DNA from: an uncultured virus (IMG/VR IMGVR_UViG_3300025011_000036)
Taxonomy: Duplodnaviria > Heunggongvirae > Uroviricota > Caudoviricetes
DNA length: 20,000 nt
IMG/VR virus record: IMGVR_UViG_3300025011_000036
Direction: 5' to 3' (one strand)
The notes under the pieces were generated by a model. That model searched no databases. It saw only the letters and a program-made list of their open reading frames with translations, and was not told the origin of the DNA. Shown one piece after another: positions 8,694-16,926 of the stretch. Each line of letters begins with the position of its first letter. Position 1 is the stretch's first letter. The position numbers and the translations under genes were made by a program.

Positions 8694-9219
8694 TACGGAA
8701 AGAAGTAGAAACATTTGGGATGGAATTCAAAGACGATGCAACCCTGATAATTGGAACGGTAGTCTTTTGAACTACAAAGGGTGTTGGTGTTGTGATGAAT
8801 GGTTATCGTATAAGAACTTTAAAATATGGTATGAAGAAAATACGTACAACATTGACGGAGAGAACTTAGACATAGACAAGGACATTATAGTTCGCGGAAA
8901 TAAACTATATAGCCCGGATACATGCGTACTTGTCCCACACGGTATAAATTGTATTTTTAGAAAACGTACACATCCTAAGTTTAATCACCCCGTAGGAGTT
9001 GTGATTGACCGTAAGACGGGTAAGTATAGAGCTAGGTGTAGAGATGGGAAGCTTATTTTGTGGGGAACTATATTTCACAATACGCCTCACGAGGCTTTTG
9101 TGGAATATAAGGAATTAAAAGAATCCTTAATCAAGAAACACGCAGAACTCTACAAGCCATTAATACCGAAAGTTGTATATGAAGCAATGATTAATTATCA
9201 AGTAAGTATCTATGATTAA
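8686..9219 (+). CDS. HNH-type homing endonuclease-like protein with AP2-like C-terminus
   Basis: W..I.RRC, CDEWLSYKNF..W, DIDKDI..RGNK.YSP.TC..VP..IN, PVGV......KYRA. Confidence 0.7.
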   Translation: MGNTERSRNIWDGIQRRCNPDNWNGSLLNYKGCWCCDEWLSYKNFKIWYEENTYNIDGENLDIDKDIIVRGNKLYSPDTCVLVPHGINCIFRKRTHPKFNHPVGVVIDRKTGKYRARCRDGKLILWGTIFHNTPHEAFVEYKELKESLIKKHAELYKPLIPKVVYEAMINYQVSIYD

Positions 9220-9233
9220 GGAGGAGTTAGGGC

Positions 9234-9341
9234 GTGGGAGTTGCTACCTTACTCTGGAGAGTGGACCACGGTTGGGTTAATGATGAATTATTTATTGAAC
9301 CAAACTTGAATAATAAATGGAGGAATTACATTGCTAAATAG
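9234..9341 (+). CDS. 35-aa minigene or remnant
   Basis: Strong RBS AAGGAGGAG then GTG: MGVATLLWRVDHGWVNDELFIEPNLNNKWRNYIAK; resembles one G...TL..R...GW repeat unit. Confidence 0.4.
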   Translation: MGVATLLWRVDHGWVNDELFIEPNLNNKWRNYIAK

Positions 9342-9735
9342 AATTTGTCTCGTGGGTCGTATTTGTAAGGAGATTGAGTTGAGATTTTCCCCTTCGGGAG
9401 TCGCGATTGCCAACTTCACGCTTGCGGTTGAAAGAAACTTTAAAAGTGCTAATGGGGAGCGAGAAACTGATTTCATTCCATGTGTAGCATTTAAACAAGC
9501 AGCCCAATATGCCGGGGACTACATCGGAAAGGGAAAATTAGCGTCAGTTGATGGAAGATTACAAGTTCGCACCTACGATGGTAACGACGGTAAAAAACGA
9601 TGGGTGACTGAGGTTATCGCGGATAGCATCAACGGTTTAAGCCCAAGGGAACAACAGGACAACAACGCAACAAGCGTAAATCATTCATACGGAACAGAGG
9701 TTAATTTAGATGATGGAGATTATGTCCCATTCTAA
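9331..9735 (+). CDS. ssb: Single-stranded DNA-binding protein
   Basis: MLNRICLVGR, FTLAVER, ETDFIPCV, GRLQVRTY, acidic tail ending DDGDYVPF. Confidence 0.97.
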   Translation: MLNRICLVGRICKEIELRFSPSGVAIANFTLAVERNFKSANGERETDFIPCVAFKQAAQYAGDYIGKGKLASVDGRLQVRTYDGNDGKKRWVTEVIADSINGLSPREQQDNNATSVNHSYGTEVNLDDGDYVPF

Positions 9736-9790
9736 TCTAAAATAAATAGGGGTGCATGCTAACCAATCACCCCTCAAAGGAGGCCTACAA

Positions 9791-10081
9791 TTGAAAAACA
9801 CAAAAACAAACAGACTAAAAACCCTCTACCCCACGCTCATCGATCTAGAAAAGGCAATAGAAAAGTTTGGTAACGTATCAAAGCTTGCTTATCACCTTGG
9901 TATAAGTCGGACAACTATTACAGATTACAGACTGACATTGGGTGGTAATGGATCTATTCGGAGTGGTCGCAGGTACATGAAGGATTGCGAGCTGGATGAG
10001 AACATTCGGAAGGTCGTCGATGGTGCAGGGGTAGTTGGGGTTGGGGAAGCGCATCAGTGGATGGGGAGAACGAAGATATGA
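9791..10081 (+). CDS. HTH protein
   Basis: RBS AAGGAGG before TTG 9791; KFGNVSKLAYHLGISRTTITDY. Confidence 0.7.
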   Translation: MKNTKTNRLKTLYPTLIDLEKAIEKFGNVSKLAYHLGISRTTITDYRLTLGGNGSIRSGRRYMKDCELDENIRKVVDGAGVVGVGEAHQWMGRTKI

Positions 10082-10293
10082 AAAGGGTAAAAATGATCAT
10101 CAGAAACATATATGGAGAATGCGAAGTTGTCTGCCGTGAATGTGGCAAGGTGGCAAGGGAGGCAGAGAAGGTTATAAGGTTAAAAATGCCCTATTGCGGT
10201 AGCTGTGATATGAGGATTGACAATGCTAGTCAAAATTATTGCGGATACTGCGGGAAAGAATTGGATTGGGATAACAAGGAGGAGGAGGTTTGA
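10078..10293 (+). CDS. Zinc-ribbon protein
   Basis: CREC, CGSC and YCGYCGKELDW. Confidence 0.75.
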   Translation: MKRVKMIIRNIYGECEVVCRECGKVAREAEKVIRLKMPYCGSCDMRIDNASQNYCGYCGKELDWDNKEEEV

Positions 10294-10742
10294 TGAACGG
10301 AAGGGGTATTAAATTTCGTGCATGGGATAATCTGAAAAAAAAGATGCTACAGGTACCTACGTTATATTTTAACGATATTAATTATGTGGCAAGCACAATA
10401 CGGGAACACAATAATTTTCTATCAGTTAACGAAGAAGCCGAGCTAATGCAGTTCACTGGCCTACGCGATAAAAAGCGAACCGAGGATTATCCGGAGGGAC
10501 AGGAAGTTTTTGAGGGGGATGTCTTCCCCGATCATTTCAACAGCAAAGTTCGCGGTGTTGTCAAACTTGGCGAATACCGAAACCCATTCAACGACGATAG
10601 GCATGGTGGTCATGTGGGGTTTTATATCGAGTGGAAGGGTGACTGTGGGTTGAATCGAAAAGACTTGGCTTACTGGATAAAGGTATCGTGTGTAATTGGG
10701 AATATATACGAGAATCCTGAGCTTTTGGGTGAAAATGTATGA
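10290..10742 (+). CDS. YopX family protein
   Basis: IKFRAWD, LMQFTGLRDK, EVFEGD, VIGNIYENPELL. Confidence 0.93.
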   Translation: MMNGRGIKFRAWDNLKKKMLQVPTLYFNDINYVASTIREHNNFLSVNEEAELMQFTGLRDKKRTEDYPEGQEVFEGDVFPDHFNSKVRGVVKLGEYRNPFNDDRHGGHVGFYIEWKGDCGLNRKDLAYWIKVSCVIGNIYENPELLGENV

Positions 10743-11242
10743 TATTGGCTATTGATCCAGGAAGCGCAGAGAGTGCGTATGTTGTTCTTGATGAAAAACT
10801 TAAACCAATCGAATATGGAAAGGTGAAGAATGATTTATTAATAGGCTTTATAGTTGGAGATAGATTTAAAAAAGTGAATAACTTCGCAATAGAAATGGTC
10901 GCGTGTTATGGAATGGCGGTAGGTAAGGAAGTTTTCGACACTTGCGTTTGGATAGGAAGATTTTATGAGGCGATTGATACCTGTAATATGGAATCTCCAA
11001 CACTTATTTATCGCAGTGAAGCAAAAATGAACCTCTGCCATATCATGAATGCAAAGGATGGAAACATAATTCAGGCATTAGTGGATAGGTTTGCTTATGG
11101 AGTTGGAAATAAAGGAAAAGGTACGAAGAAAGATCCGGGTTGGTTTTATGGATTTTCAAAGGACATTTGGCAGGCATATGCTGTCGGTGTGACGTATGCG
11201 GATTTGTACTTGAAGGAGGATAAGGATGGGAAATTAATTTAA
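10739..11242 (+). CDS. RuvC-like Holliday junction resolvase (RNase H fold)
   Basis: ILAIDPG, AIEMVACYGMAVG, DIWQAYAV. Confidence 0.8.
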   Translation: MILAIDPGSAESAYVVLDEKLKPIEYGKVKNDLLIGFIVGDRFKKVNNFAIEMVACYGMAVGKEVFDTCVWIGRFYEAIDTCNMESPTLIYRSEAKMNLCHIMNAKDGNIIQALVDRFAYGVGNKGKGTKKDPGWFYGFSKDIWQAYAVGVTYADLYLKEDKDGKLI

Positions 11243-11367
11243 CCGTAGAGAAATAGAGTGGTTCAAAAACGATGAGGGATGCATTGGCTAGAATCATGAC
11301 CTTTATATTAAACCCAAAAGTTAAAAAGAGAACTAAAGCAACGCAATAATAGCGCAATAATAGGAGG

Positions 11368-12003
11368 ATGGTAATGAAAATTAAGTGTTCCAAAAAAGTT
11401 GTAATGAATTTTGATGGCATAGTCGCCTTTGTTAAGGGGAAAACATATGAGGCTAATGAGGATGAGGACGGGGGATTTTGTATAACCAATGAGCAGAATT
11501 CCCCACATTGGGGATCATATAAATGGGTAAATGAGAATTTCGTTTTCCTAGAATTGAGGGGTATTAACATTATTCCCACTAAACTAATGGGAACCACAGA
11601 CCCCATATTCCTCCCATACCGCAAGCACGCAAACGATGCAGGGGCAGACCTAAGAGCTCGGATAGAGCAGCCAATAAGATTGCATCCTGGGCAACTGTAC
11701 AAAGTTCCATCGGGTGTTGCCGTAGAGATACCACACGGATACGTTGGACTACTACAGCCAAGGTCAGGGGCATCATCTGAGGGTAAACTCGTTATTACTG
11801 GAACAATAGATTCGGGATATGTTGGCGAAATGTCCATGAATATATTTAATCCTCTCGACTCGAATTATGTAGTTATAAACCCAAAAGAGCGCATTGCCCA
11901 ACTGGTGGTGGTTCCATACTTACAGACTGAGTTTGTTCAAGTTGATGAGCTGGGGGAGAGCGAGCGGGGAATACAGGGCTTCGGAAGCACAGGAAAGGAA
12001 TGA
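11368..12003 (+). CDS. dut: Trimeric dUTPase with about 70-aa N-terminal extension
   Basis: All five motifs present: AGADL, PRSG, GTIDSGYVGE, ERIAQL, RG..GFGSTG. Confidence 0.95.
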   Translation: MVMKIKCSKKVVMNFDGIVAFVKGKTYEANEDEDGGFCITNEQNSPHWGSYKWVNENFVFLELRGINIIPTKLMGTTDPIFLPYRKHANDAGADLRARIEQPIRLHPGQLYKVPSGVAVEIPHGYVGLLQPRSGASSEGKLVITGTIDSGYVGEMSMNIFNPLDSNYVVINPKERIAQLVVVPYLQTEFVQVDELGESERGIQGFGSTGKE

Positions 12004-12070
12004 TTATTATAGACAGCAATATTTGTCCAGAATGTGGACAAAGGCTTAGGAATGAAGGAGGATGCGTCGT

Positions 12071-12223
12071 ATGCCCAGTGTGCTTTTGGTCGCCTTGCCT
12101 TTAATCAGGAGTGGTTTGAGTATTGGCTTATTTGCACTCAGTCTTGGATTATGGATAACTAACAATGTTTCTGACGCAATATTTACAGGCTTAGTGGCGT
12201 TGTATATTAGACCAGAAGAATAG
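12071..12223 (+). CDS. 50-aa membrane protein (not in ORF track)
   Basis: RBS AAGGAGG; MPSVLLVALPLIRSGLSIGLFALSLGLWITNNVSDAIFTGLVALYIRPEE with two hydrophobic segments. Confidence 0.6.
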   Translation: MPSVLLVALPLIRSGLSIGLFALSLGLWITNNVSDAIFTGLVALYIRPEE

Positions 12224-12238
12224 AAAGGGGAAAATAGG

Positions 12239-12574
12239 ATGAAAAAAGTAATTAATGGAGTTGGCAAAGATGCACTAATAGAGGAAAACGAATCAGGAGG
12301 AAGACAATCAAATTCTGGGTATCGCTTTGATTTGATAGATCCTAAAGCATTATTTGCTACTGCTAAGGTATTGAAGGAGGGGTTTGATAAGTACGGAGAG
12401 GATAACTGGCGAAAAATACCAACTAGAGATCACTTAAACCATTTACTAATTCATGTGTACGCCTACCTTGCGGGGGATCGACAGGATGAGCACCTAAGCC
12501 ATGCTGTATGTCGAGCTATATTCGCCTTGGGAGTGGACATTGATATTAGAGAGGAGATGGAAGCTAAGTGCTAA
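12239..12574 (+). CDS. DUF5664 dATP/dGTP diphosphohydrolase-domain protein
   Basis: RFDLIDP.AL...A.VL..G..KYG.DNWRK...H....L.H......G...D.HL.HA. Confidence 0.85.
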   Translation: MKKVINGVGKDALIEENESGGRQSNSGYRFDLIDPKALFATAKVLKEGFDKYGEDNWRKIPTRDHLNHLLIHVYAYLAGDRQDEHLSHAVCRAIFALGVDIDIREEMEAKC

Positions 12575-12822
12575 TGGATAAAATTAGGGCAAGGCTGGAC
12601 AAGAGATATAATACGGATTTGACGGTAAGGCTGGCTGATATGGGGTTTACTCCTACGACTTATCATAGGCTGAGACGCGCAGGGATAGAGATTGTAGGGG
12701 ATTTGGTTAGGATGTCGTGGAAAGACCTCATGGGGCGCAGGAACATCGTTAGAAGGGATTGTGTGGAGGTTGAAGAGAAGTTGGAGGATATGGGGTTGGG
12801 TTTAAGGAAGGATGGGAAATAA
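12568..12822 (+). CDS. Stand-alone RNA polymerase alpha C-terminal domain homologue
   Basis: L.RAGI..VGDLV.MS..DL...RN......EV.EKL..MGL.LR aligns without gaps to alpha-CTD. Confidence 0.85.
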   Translation: MLMDKIRARLDKRYNTDLTVRLADMGFTPTTYHRLRRAGIEIVGDLVRMSWKDLMGRRNIVRRDCVEVEEKLEDMGLGLRKDGK

Positions 12823-12975
12823 GTGGACCAACGAAAAATATAGTTATGTCCTGAATGTGGAGCAAGATTAACGGATTGGCAAAGGATTATGGAAGGTTGC
12901 CAAAGGTGCGAGGAGAGACGATTGGTAAAGAGGATGGAGGAAGTTAATGAATTTAAAAATACGCCTAAAGTTTAG
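12823..12975 (+). pseudogene. Zinc-ribbon minigene interrupted by TAG at 12841-12843
   Basis: GTG GAC CAA CGA AAA ATA TAG TTA TGT CCT GAA TGT...: MDQRKI*LCPECGARLTDWQRIMEGCQRCEERR. Confidence 0.5.
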
Positions 12976-13084
12976 TGACATCATAAAGCTGGTATTCGGT
13001 AGAGATGTGATGGTATTGGACCCGTACAGCAACAGTATTTATATAGTGAAAAAGGGGGAGGATACTGGAATTTATAAGGAGTAG
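12947..13084 (+). CDS. 45-aa hypothetical protein
   Basis: RBS GGAGG; MNLKIRLKFSDIIKLVFGRDVMVLDPYSNSIYIVKKGEDTGIYKE. Confidence 0.55.
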   Translation: MNLKIRLKFSDIIKLVFGRDVMVLDPYSNSIYIVKKGEDTGIYKE

Positions 13085-13195
13085 GAAGGGGAATGGATGA
13101 TGTTCTACGGATTAAAAGACAGGAATATTTCGTGGCGAAGGGGTTCTGGGAGAAAATTATGGTTTCCGTGTAGGTCGAGAAAGTGGTGGTAGGGT

Positions 13196-13468
13196 ATGTC
13201 TCATGGAATAGCGAAAGTAAAACCGTCAGCCACTGATTGCCAATCGTTCATCAATACGGCTGAAGGTTATAATGTCACGCCAGATTGCACTAATTGCCAT
13301 AAAGAGCAAACTGTTGAAATACTTCAATTCGTTTCATCGTTCTTTGGCGCATATGGAATCTGTAAAAACAATAATAATGAATTTATTAAGATTAATACGC
13401 ATCAACTTGAGTCGATTACTAGTTGCCCAGTGTGTGGAAAAATAGATATTGGAGGTGAAGATCAATGA
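13196..13468 (+). CDS. Cys-containing hypothetical protein
   Basis: CTNC and CPVC; ATGA overlap with the next gene. Confidence 0.6.
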   Translation: MSHGIAKVKPSATDCQSFINTAEGYNVTPDCTNCHKEQTVEILQFVSSFFGAYGICKNNNNEFIKINTHQLESITSCPVCGKIDIGGEDQ

Positions 13469-13854
13469 CAATACAAGAATTTGCCAAGATGCTGGATGGT
13501 CGGGAATATTTAGGCGAGATGATTTTAGCCGAAAAGGAATTGGCGAAGGCGTTGGGGTTTGTGGTGGTATTTGGATATTCGGACGACAATGCCGAACTAG
13601 AGGGAGCTATCGACGAGGAAGTCACTTGCTATGATGGTACTGAGATATACCTAAATAAAGATGGTATTTTTGAGGAATGCAAACATTCGAGGGCTGCTAA
13701 GAAAAAGTGTAAGGTTATTAAAGGTATTTGGGATAAGGAAGAGTATTCGTGGATTTACGAAACGGATATTCCACACGCAACTTTTGATGTTATGGAAGAC
13801 GGTGGGAAGTTTTGCAGAGGAATTGTGTTTGATATTAAGAGTTTGGGGGAATAA
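13465..13854 (+). CDS. Conserved-looking phage hypothetical protein
   Basis: RBS GGAGG; LDGREY, VVVFGYSDD..E..GAI.EE, TDIPHATF...EDG..FCRGIVF. Confidence 0.8.
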   Translation: MTIQEFAKMLDGREYLGEMILAEKELAKALGFVVVFGYSDDNAELEGAIDEEVTCYDGTEIYLNKDGIFEECKHSRAAKKKCKVIKGIWDKEEYSWIYETDIPHATFDVMEDGGKFCRGIVFDIKSLGE

Positions 13855-14015
13855 AGATGGGGCTAATTAAAAAGTTTAAAAAGTGGTATTGGAAAAATAG
13901 AAGATGTAATACATGTGAATTTGTTTGGAATGGTAAGGAATGCCCCCTTAAGCCTGGTACTGGCTTTTTGGAAGCGATGCATTGTTCAAAATATAAGAGG
14001 GGTAAGTAGAGGGGG

Positions 14016-14465
14016 GTGGACTCCATAATTACAAAACAAAAAAGACCTCCATGGCATTACTCGACTATTTCCCGCCTAACGCGCTACAAGGGGAATCAGG
14101 ACCGCATAACTTACCTACTAAGGGAACTATCCATGATGGGGGTTAAGACGACGCAGGTGTGTAGTGATATGCCTCATGGGAGTGGCGTGAGTGATTCGAC
14201 GGGTGATCTGGCATCTAAGATTTATGACAAAAAGAAATTGCTCGTAGAATTGCAAAATGAAAACGAGTTGATTGATTTAGCGGTGGGTATGCTTCCGGAT
14301 GCCAAGAAACTCATAATAGACACAAAGTATTTACAGGAAAATAAGGATGATTACGCGCAAAGGGTTCTGCGGAAGAATCACGGGCTTAGGAGTCGGGATA
14401 GCTATTATCGGTTGAAGGATGAGGCTGTCGAGGAATTGGCTAAGACAATGGGGGAGAAGTGTTAG
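14016..14465 (+). CDS. ArpU/RinA-like late transcriptional activator
   Basis: SDMPHGSG.SD.T, AV..LP...K.II..KY, S..SYYRLKDEAVEELA (sigma region 4-like HTH); last large gene of the early/middle operon. Confidence 0.82.
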   Translation: MDSIITKQKRPPWHYSTISRLTRYKGNQDRITYLLRELSMMGVKTTQVCSDMPHGSGVSDSTGDLASKIYDKKKLLVELQNENELIDLAVGMLPDAKKLIIDTKYLQENKDDYAQRVLRKNHGLRSRDSYYRLKDEAVEELAKTMGEKC

Positions 14466-14500
14466 TACAAATATCAAACAATATTCATAACTAAATCCAT

Positions 14501-14529
14501 TGGAATAGTCGGAATTAAAATGTTACACT
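14501..14529 (+). promoter_or_regulatory. Putative late promoter
   Basis: TTGGAA-N17-TACACT with TG extension, 35 bp after the activator stop, where RinA/ArpU-controlled promoters usually lie. Confidence 0.5.
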
Positions 14530-14555
14530 CTAAAGGACATAATAACTTACAAAAT

Positions 14556-14596
14556 AAAGACGCTCTCGGCCTATAATGTGGCTCGGAGCGTCTTTT
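14556..14596. terminator. Bidirectional terminator-like hairpin
   Basis: AAAGACGCTC...GAGCGTCTTT(T) with inner GCC/GGC pairing and A/T flanks. Confidence 0.7.
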
Positions 14597-14620
14597 GTAA
14601 TTTTCAGGGGGTAACTTATT

Positions 14621-14779
14621 GTGGATTGCAAATTATGCTCTAGGTATAAGTGTTGCCCTGATAAGGATAATCCTCCTAAGAATTGCGTTAGGTTTATTGA
14701 GTTTACGGATGGTAAGAGGTTTGAGATGGTCGATAAGGTAATGAGGCATAATAAAGGGGTTTACATTGCTCCGGGATAA
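14621..14779 (+). CDS. 52-aa Cys-rich hypothetical protein
   Basis: RBS AGGGGG then GTG: MDCKLCSRYKCCPDKDNPPKNCVRFIEF... Confidence 0.5.
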   Translation: MDCKLCSRYKCCPDKDNPPKNCVRFIEFTDGKRFEMVDKVMRHNKGVYIAPG

Positions 14780-14795
14780 AAAAGGAGCCCTATTT

Positions 14796-15170
14796 CTAGG
14801 ACTTCCCGAAAACTTTAATTCCCCATCGTAATTCGAGGGCTGTTATCGCGGTTCGGCGAAGAGTTTCGTCCATGTAATAAGATTTGTCCATGGTATCAAC
14901 TTGCTCTCCTTCCTTATTAGACCACGAATTTCCTGCCCAAAGACTGAATGCCCAATACAAGGCGGCGCGATGGCCACTACCAAAATCGGTGTCAAATATT
15001 TTACTCCATTTGATTTCTCGGCGTTTTGGATTGATGTGCTTCAGTGTTTTGTTGCGTAGTTCGGAATCGGAAGTTAAGGAAAAAACTGTGCTGTACCATT
15101 CTGAATCAGTGATTAGTTTGCCTGGGCAGAGGGATTCGAAAGCGTTTAGATGTTCTTGATCGTTAAACAT
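14796..15170 (-). CDS. Hypothetical protein, DUF6075-like
   Basis: F....H...F......D......F.L.....R......I.........SG......AF.LW pattern; RBS AAGGAGG. Confidence 0.6.
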   Translation of the reverse strand: MFNDQEHLNAFESLCPGKLITDSEWYSTVFSLTSDSELRNKTLKHINPKRREIKWSKIFDTDFGSGHRAALYWAFSLWAGNSWSNKEGEQVDTMDKSYYMDETLRRTAITALELRWGIKVFGKS

Positions 15171-15221
15171 GTGTTATCCTCCTTACGCCGATTTAGCCCG
15201 GCTTGGCTTTGATCTACTGAT

Positions 15222-15250
15222 ATTAGAACTCTATGATAGGCTCCTTGCGA
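15222..15250 (-). promoter_or_regulatory. Cassette promoter P4 (weaker match)
   Basis: TCGCAA-N17-TCTAAT followed 6 nt later by AGATCAA. Confidence 0.45.
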
Positions 15251-15262
15251 GCTGTCGGGCTA

Positions 15263-15559
15263 CTACGCTAAGTACTCATGTTCTCGACAATACACCTTTC
15301 CGGTCTCGGGGTTACGGGCACCGTAGGAGACGCAATCATTACACCCTTCGTGTGAGCATCTAACGGGTTTCCCAGGACCGATATATTCAATTTCGTTAAG
15401 AAAACGGTCAGATAATTGGTTTTTACCTATAGCGCGCAGGTCAGACTCGACATTGCTTGCATAGCGGCCCAGGTAGTCAATGCCGAGAGATTTGATTTTT
15501 GTAATAGTGGATAAATGGCTAGACAGTTGCTTGTTGATAAAACGAGTTCTTGTGCTCAT
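15263..15559 (-). CDS. Hypothetical protein with C-terminal C3H zinc finger
   Basis: CSHEGC...YCREH. Confidence 0.7.
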   Translation of the reverse strand: MSTRTRFINKQLSSHLSTITKIKSLGIDYLGRYASNVESDLRAIGKNQLSDRFLNEIEYIGPGKPVRCSHEGCNDCVSYGARNPETGKVYCREHEYLA

Positions 15560-15560
15560 C

Positions 15561-15737
15561 CTAATTCCTTCTTTCTTCGTTCGATTTAGTAGTCCTTATT
15601 TTGGACAGTAGCTCTTTTAGCTTTGCGTACTCGGCATCTGTGAGCTGGAATGTTCGGCGAGTGCGGCCAGTTGGTTTGCGTCCGGAGCCGGGGCGGTAGC
15701 CGCCGTGGGTTGCGGGTTGCGTTTGCGTCTTATCCAT
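15561..15737 (-). CDS. 58-aa AT-hook-like DNA-binding minigene (not in ORF track)
   Basis: MDKTQTQPATHGGYRPGSGRKPTGRTRRTFQLTDAEYAKLKELL...; RBS GGAGGT. Confidence 0.8.
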   Translation of the reverse strand: MDKTQTQPATHGGYRPGSGRKPTGRTRRTFQLTDAEYAKLKELLSKIRTTKSNEERRN

Positions 15738-15749
15738 TTATTACCTCCG

Positions 15750-16016
15750 TTAGTTTTCTACGTGTGCAATATTTGCCCCCACAGATGTCCAAACTTCATA
15801 GCCATCTCCTTTGAGTTTTTGGATTTTAGATTCAGCATCTTTCGATAGGCCGTTAATGTGCGTTCTGTTCCAAATATGTTGCGTGTGGGATGTACCTCGG
15901 ACCTTAAAACTGATTTTCTCGTATTCCGCATCATTATTTGGGCCGCTAAACTCGTTCCCAGTGTCACCTTTGATGCATTTTTGAGCGGTGATCTCATAAT
16001 ACTCGTACTTTTTCAT
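15750..16016 (-). CDS. Hypothetical protein
   Basis: Co-oriented in the unit; 88 aa; no recognised motif. Confidence 0.7.
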   Translation of the reverse strand: MKKYEYYEITAQKCIKGDTGNEFSGPNNDAEYEKISFKVRGTSHTQHIWNRTHINGLSKDAESKIQKLKGDGYEVWTSVGANIAHVEN

Positions 16017-16040
16017 GTCATAAAACTTCCTTTCTTTCCT

Positions 16041-16298
16041 TCAGGCTAAAACAAAGCTAATACGTTTTTTTGTGTCGTTATTTTGGATCGTAACTCCTTT
16101 GTACCTTCTGCTGTTTACAAAATGGGACTCGATAAGGTTACGTATTTGGTAGTTACCACCATCTAGGTAAACCTCGATAAGCGATCCACTCCAACCAAAT
16201 TGGATATCTGGGCAATTTGAGCACCCATCCAATATCTTGCTAATGACTGACTTAACCCTTGCAATTCTCGCGCTCATAACCTCGTCCTCTTTAGACAT
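16041..16298 (-). CDS. Hypothetical protein
   Basis: RBS GGAGGT inside the upstream gene; abuts its stop. Confidence 0.7.
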   Translation of the reverse strand: MSKEDEVMSARIARVKSVISKILDGCSNCPDIQFGWSGSLIEVYLDGGNYQIRNLIESHFVNSRRYKGVTIQNNDTKKRISFVLA

Positions 16299-16745
16299 TT
16301 AGCATACCTCCATGATTAAGTCTACATCAAAAACTATCGCGCCATCCTGAGTGGTTACGGCCATAATTCCGTTAGGCTCTGCGATGCGCTCCCAGAACCA
16401 TTGATATAGATCAGAGTCCCAAGCGTTGGCAGAGTCTACAATGTCGGATGGGTCAAAGCTGTTGTATATACTGAGTGCATCAACGTCATTTTCTTTTACG
16501 TTGTAGTAGTAATCATCTGTACATCCGTTTCCGAAATCCCCACTAAATCCATTCGCCTGGTCGTGCTTCCAAGTTTTAATGATCAGGGACTTCAAGGATT
16601 TAATTGTGCGGCGATTGTCTTTAGTGGATGCAAAAACGAACTCGTTTACACCGTAGTTTTCTACCTTATTCCTATTAGTGGAAAACATTGCGTGTCCCCA
16701 GTTTGACATTGGATTTTTAGAATTGGTAAAGCGATGATAAAGCAT
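16299..16745 (-). CDS. Hypothetical protein with possible ADP-ribosyltransferase-like fold
   Basis: LYHR...AMFSTN....NYG...GIMAVTTQDGAIVFD..LI; the CDS is well supported (promoter, AAGGAGGT) but the fold call is tentative. Confidence 0.5.
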   Translation of the reverse strand: MLYHRFTNSKNPMSNWGHAMFSTNRNKVENYGVNEFVFASTKDNRRTIKSLKSLIIKTWKHDQANGFSGDFGNGCTDDYYYNVKENDVDALSIYNSFDPSDIVDSANAWDSDLYQWFWERIAEPNGIMAVTTQDGAIVFDVDLIMEVC

Positions 16746-16776
16746 GTTGGCGACCTCCTTTATTTAATCTTGATTT

Positions 16777-16805
16777 ATTGTACTACTTTTCAAGATAGAT
16801 GTCAA
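16777..16805 (-). promoter_or_regulatory. Cassette promoter P3 (near-consensus sigmaA)
   Basis: TTGACA-N17-TACAAT; ATCTTGA/TCAAGAT inverted repeat straddles the -10. Confidence 0.88.
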
Positions 16806-16903
16806 CATGATTCGTGGGTATTTAATCAAGTTTATTTAGGATGCTTGAGCTTAGTAATTAGCGTTGTAATGCAATGTTAATCTGTGGGCTTAGGGGTAGA
16901 GGA

Positions 16904-16926
16904 AAGACTCTCTATTTGAGAGCCTT
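16904..16926 (-). terminator. Stop-codon-overlapping hairpin
   Basis: Minus strand AAGGCTCTC-AAATA-GAGAGTCTT followed by a pyrimidine run. Confidence 0.65.

Noticed and set aside
11043..11837. 264-aa minus-strand ORF
   Set aside because: Antisense shadow of the RuvC-like and dUTPase genes; no motif or RBS.
12239..12574. Z-genome (2-aminoadenine) pathway
   Set aside because: No purZ or phage DNA polymerase in the window; DUF5664 alone is insufficient.
12841..12843. TAG recoding (pyrrolysine or alternative code) to explain in-frame ambers
   Set aside because: recT, the AbrB-like gene and the ArpU-like gene end at TAG at natural protein ends, and long genes have no internal TAG.
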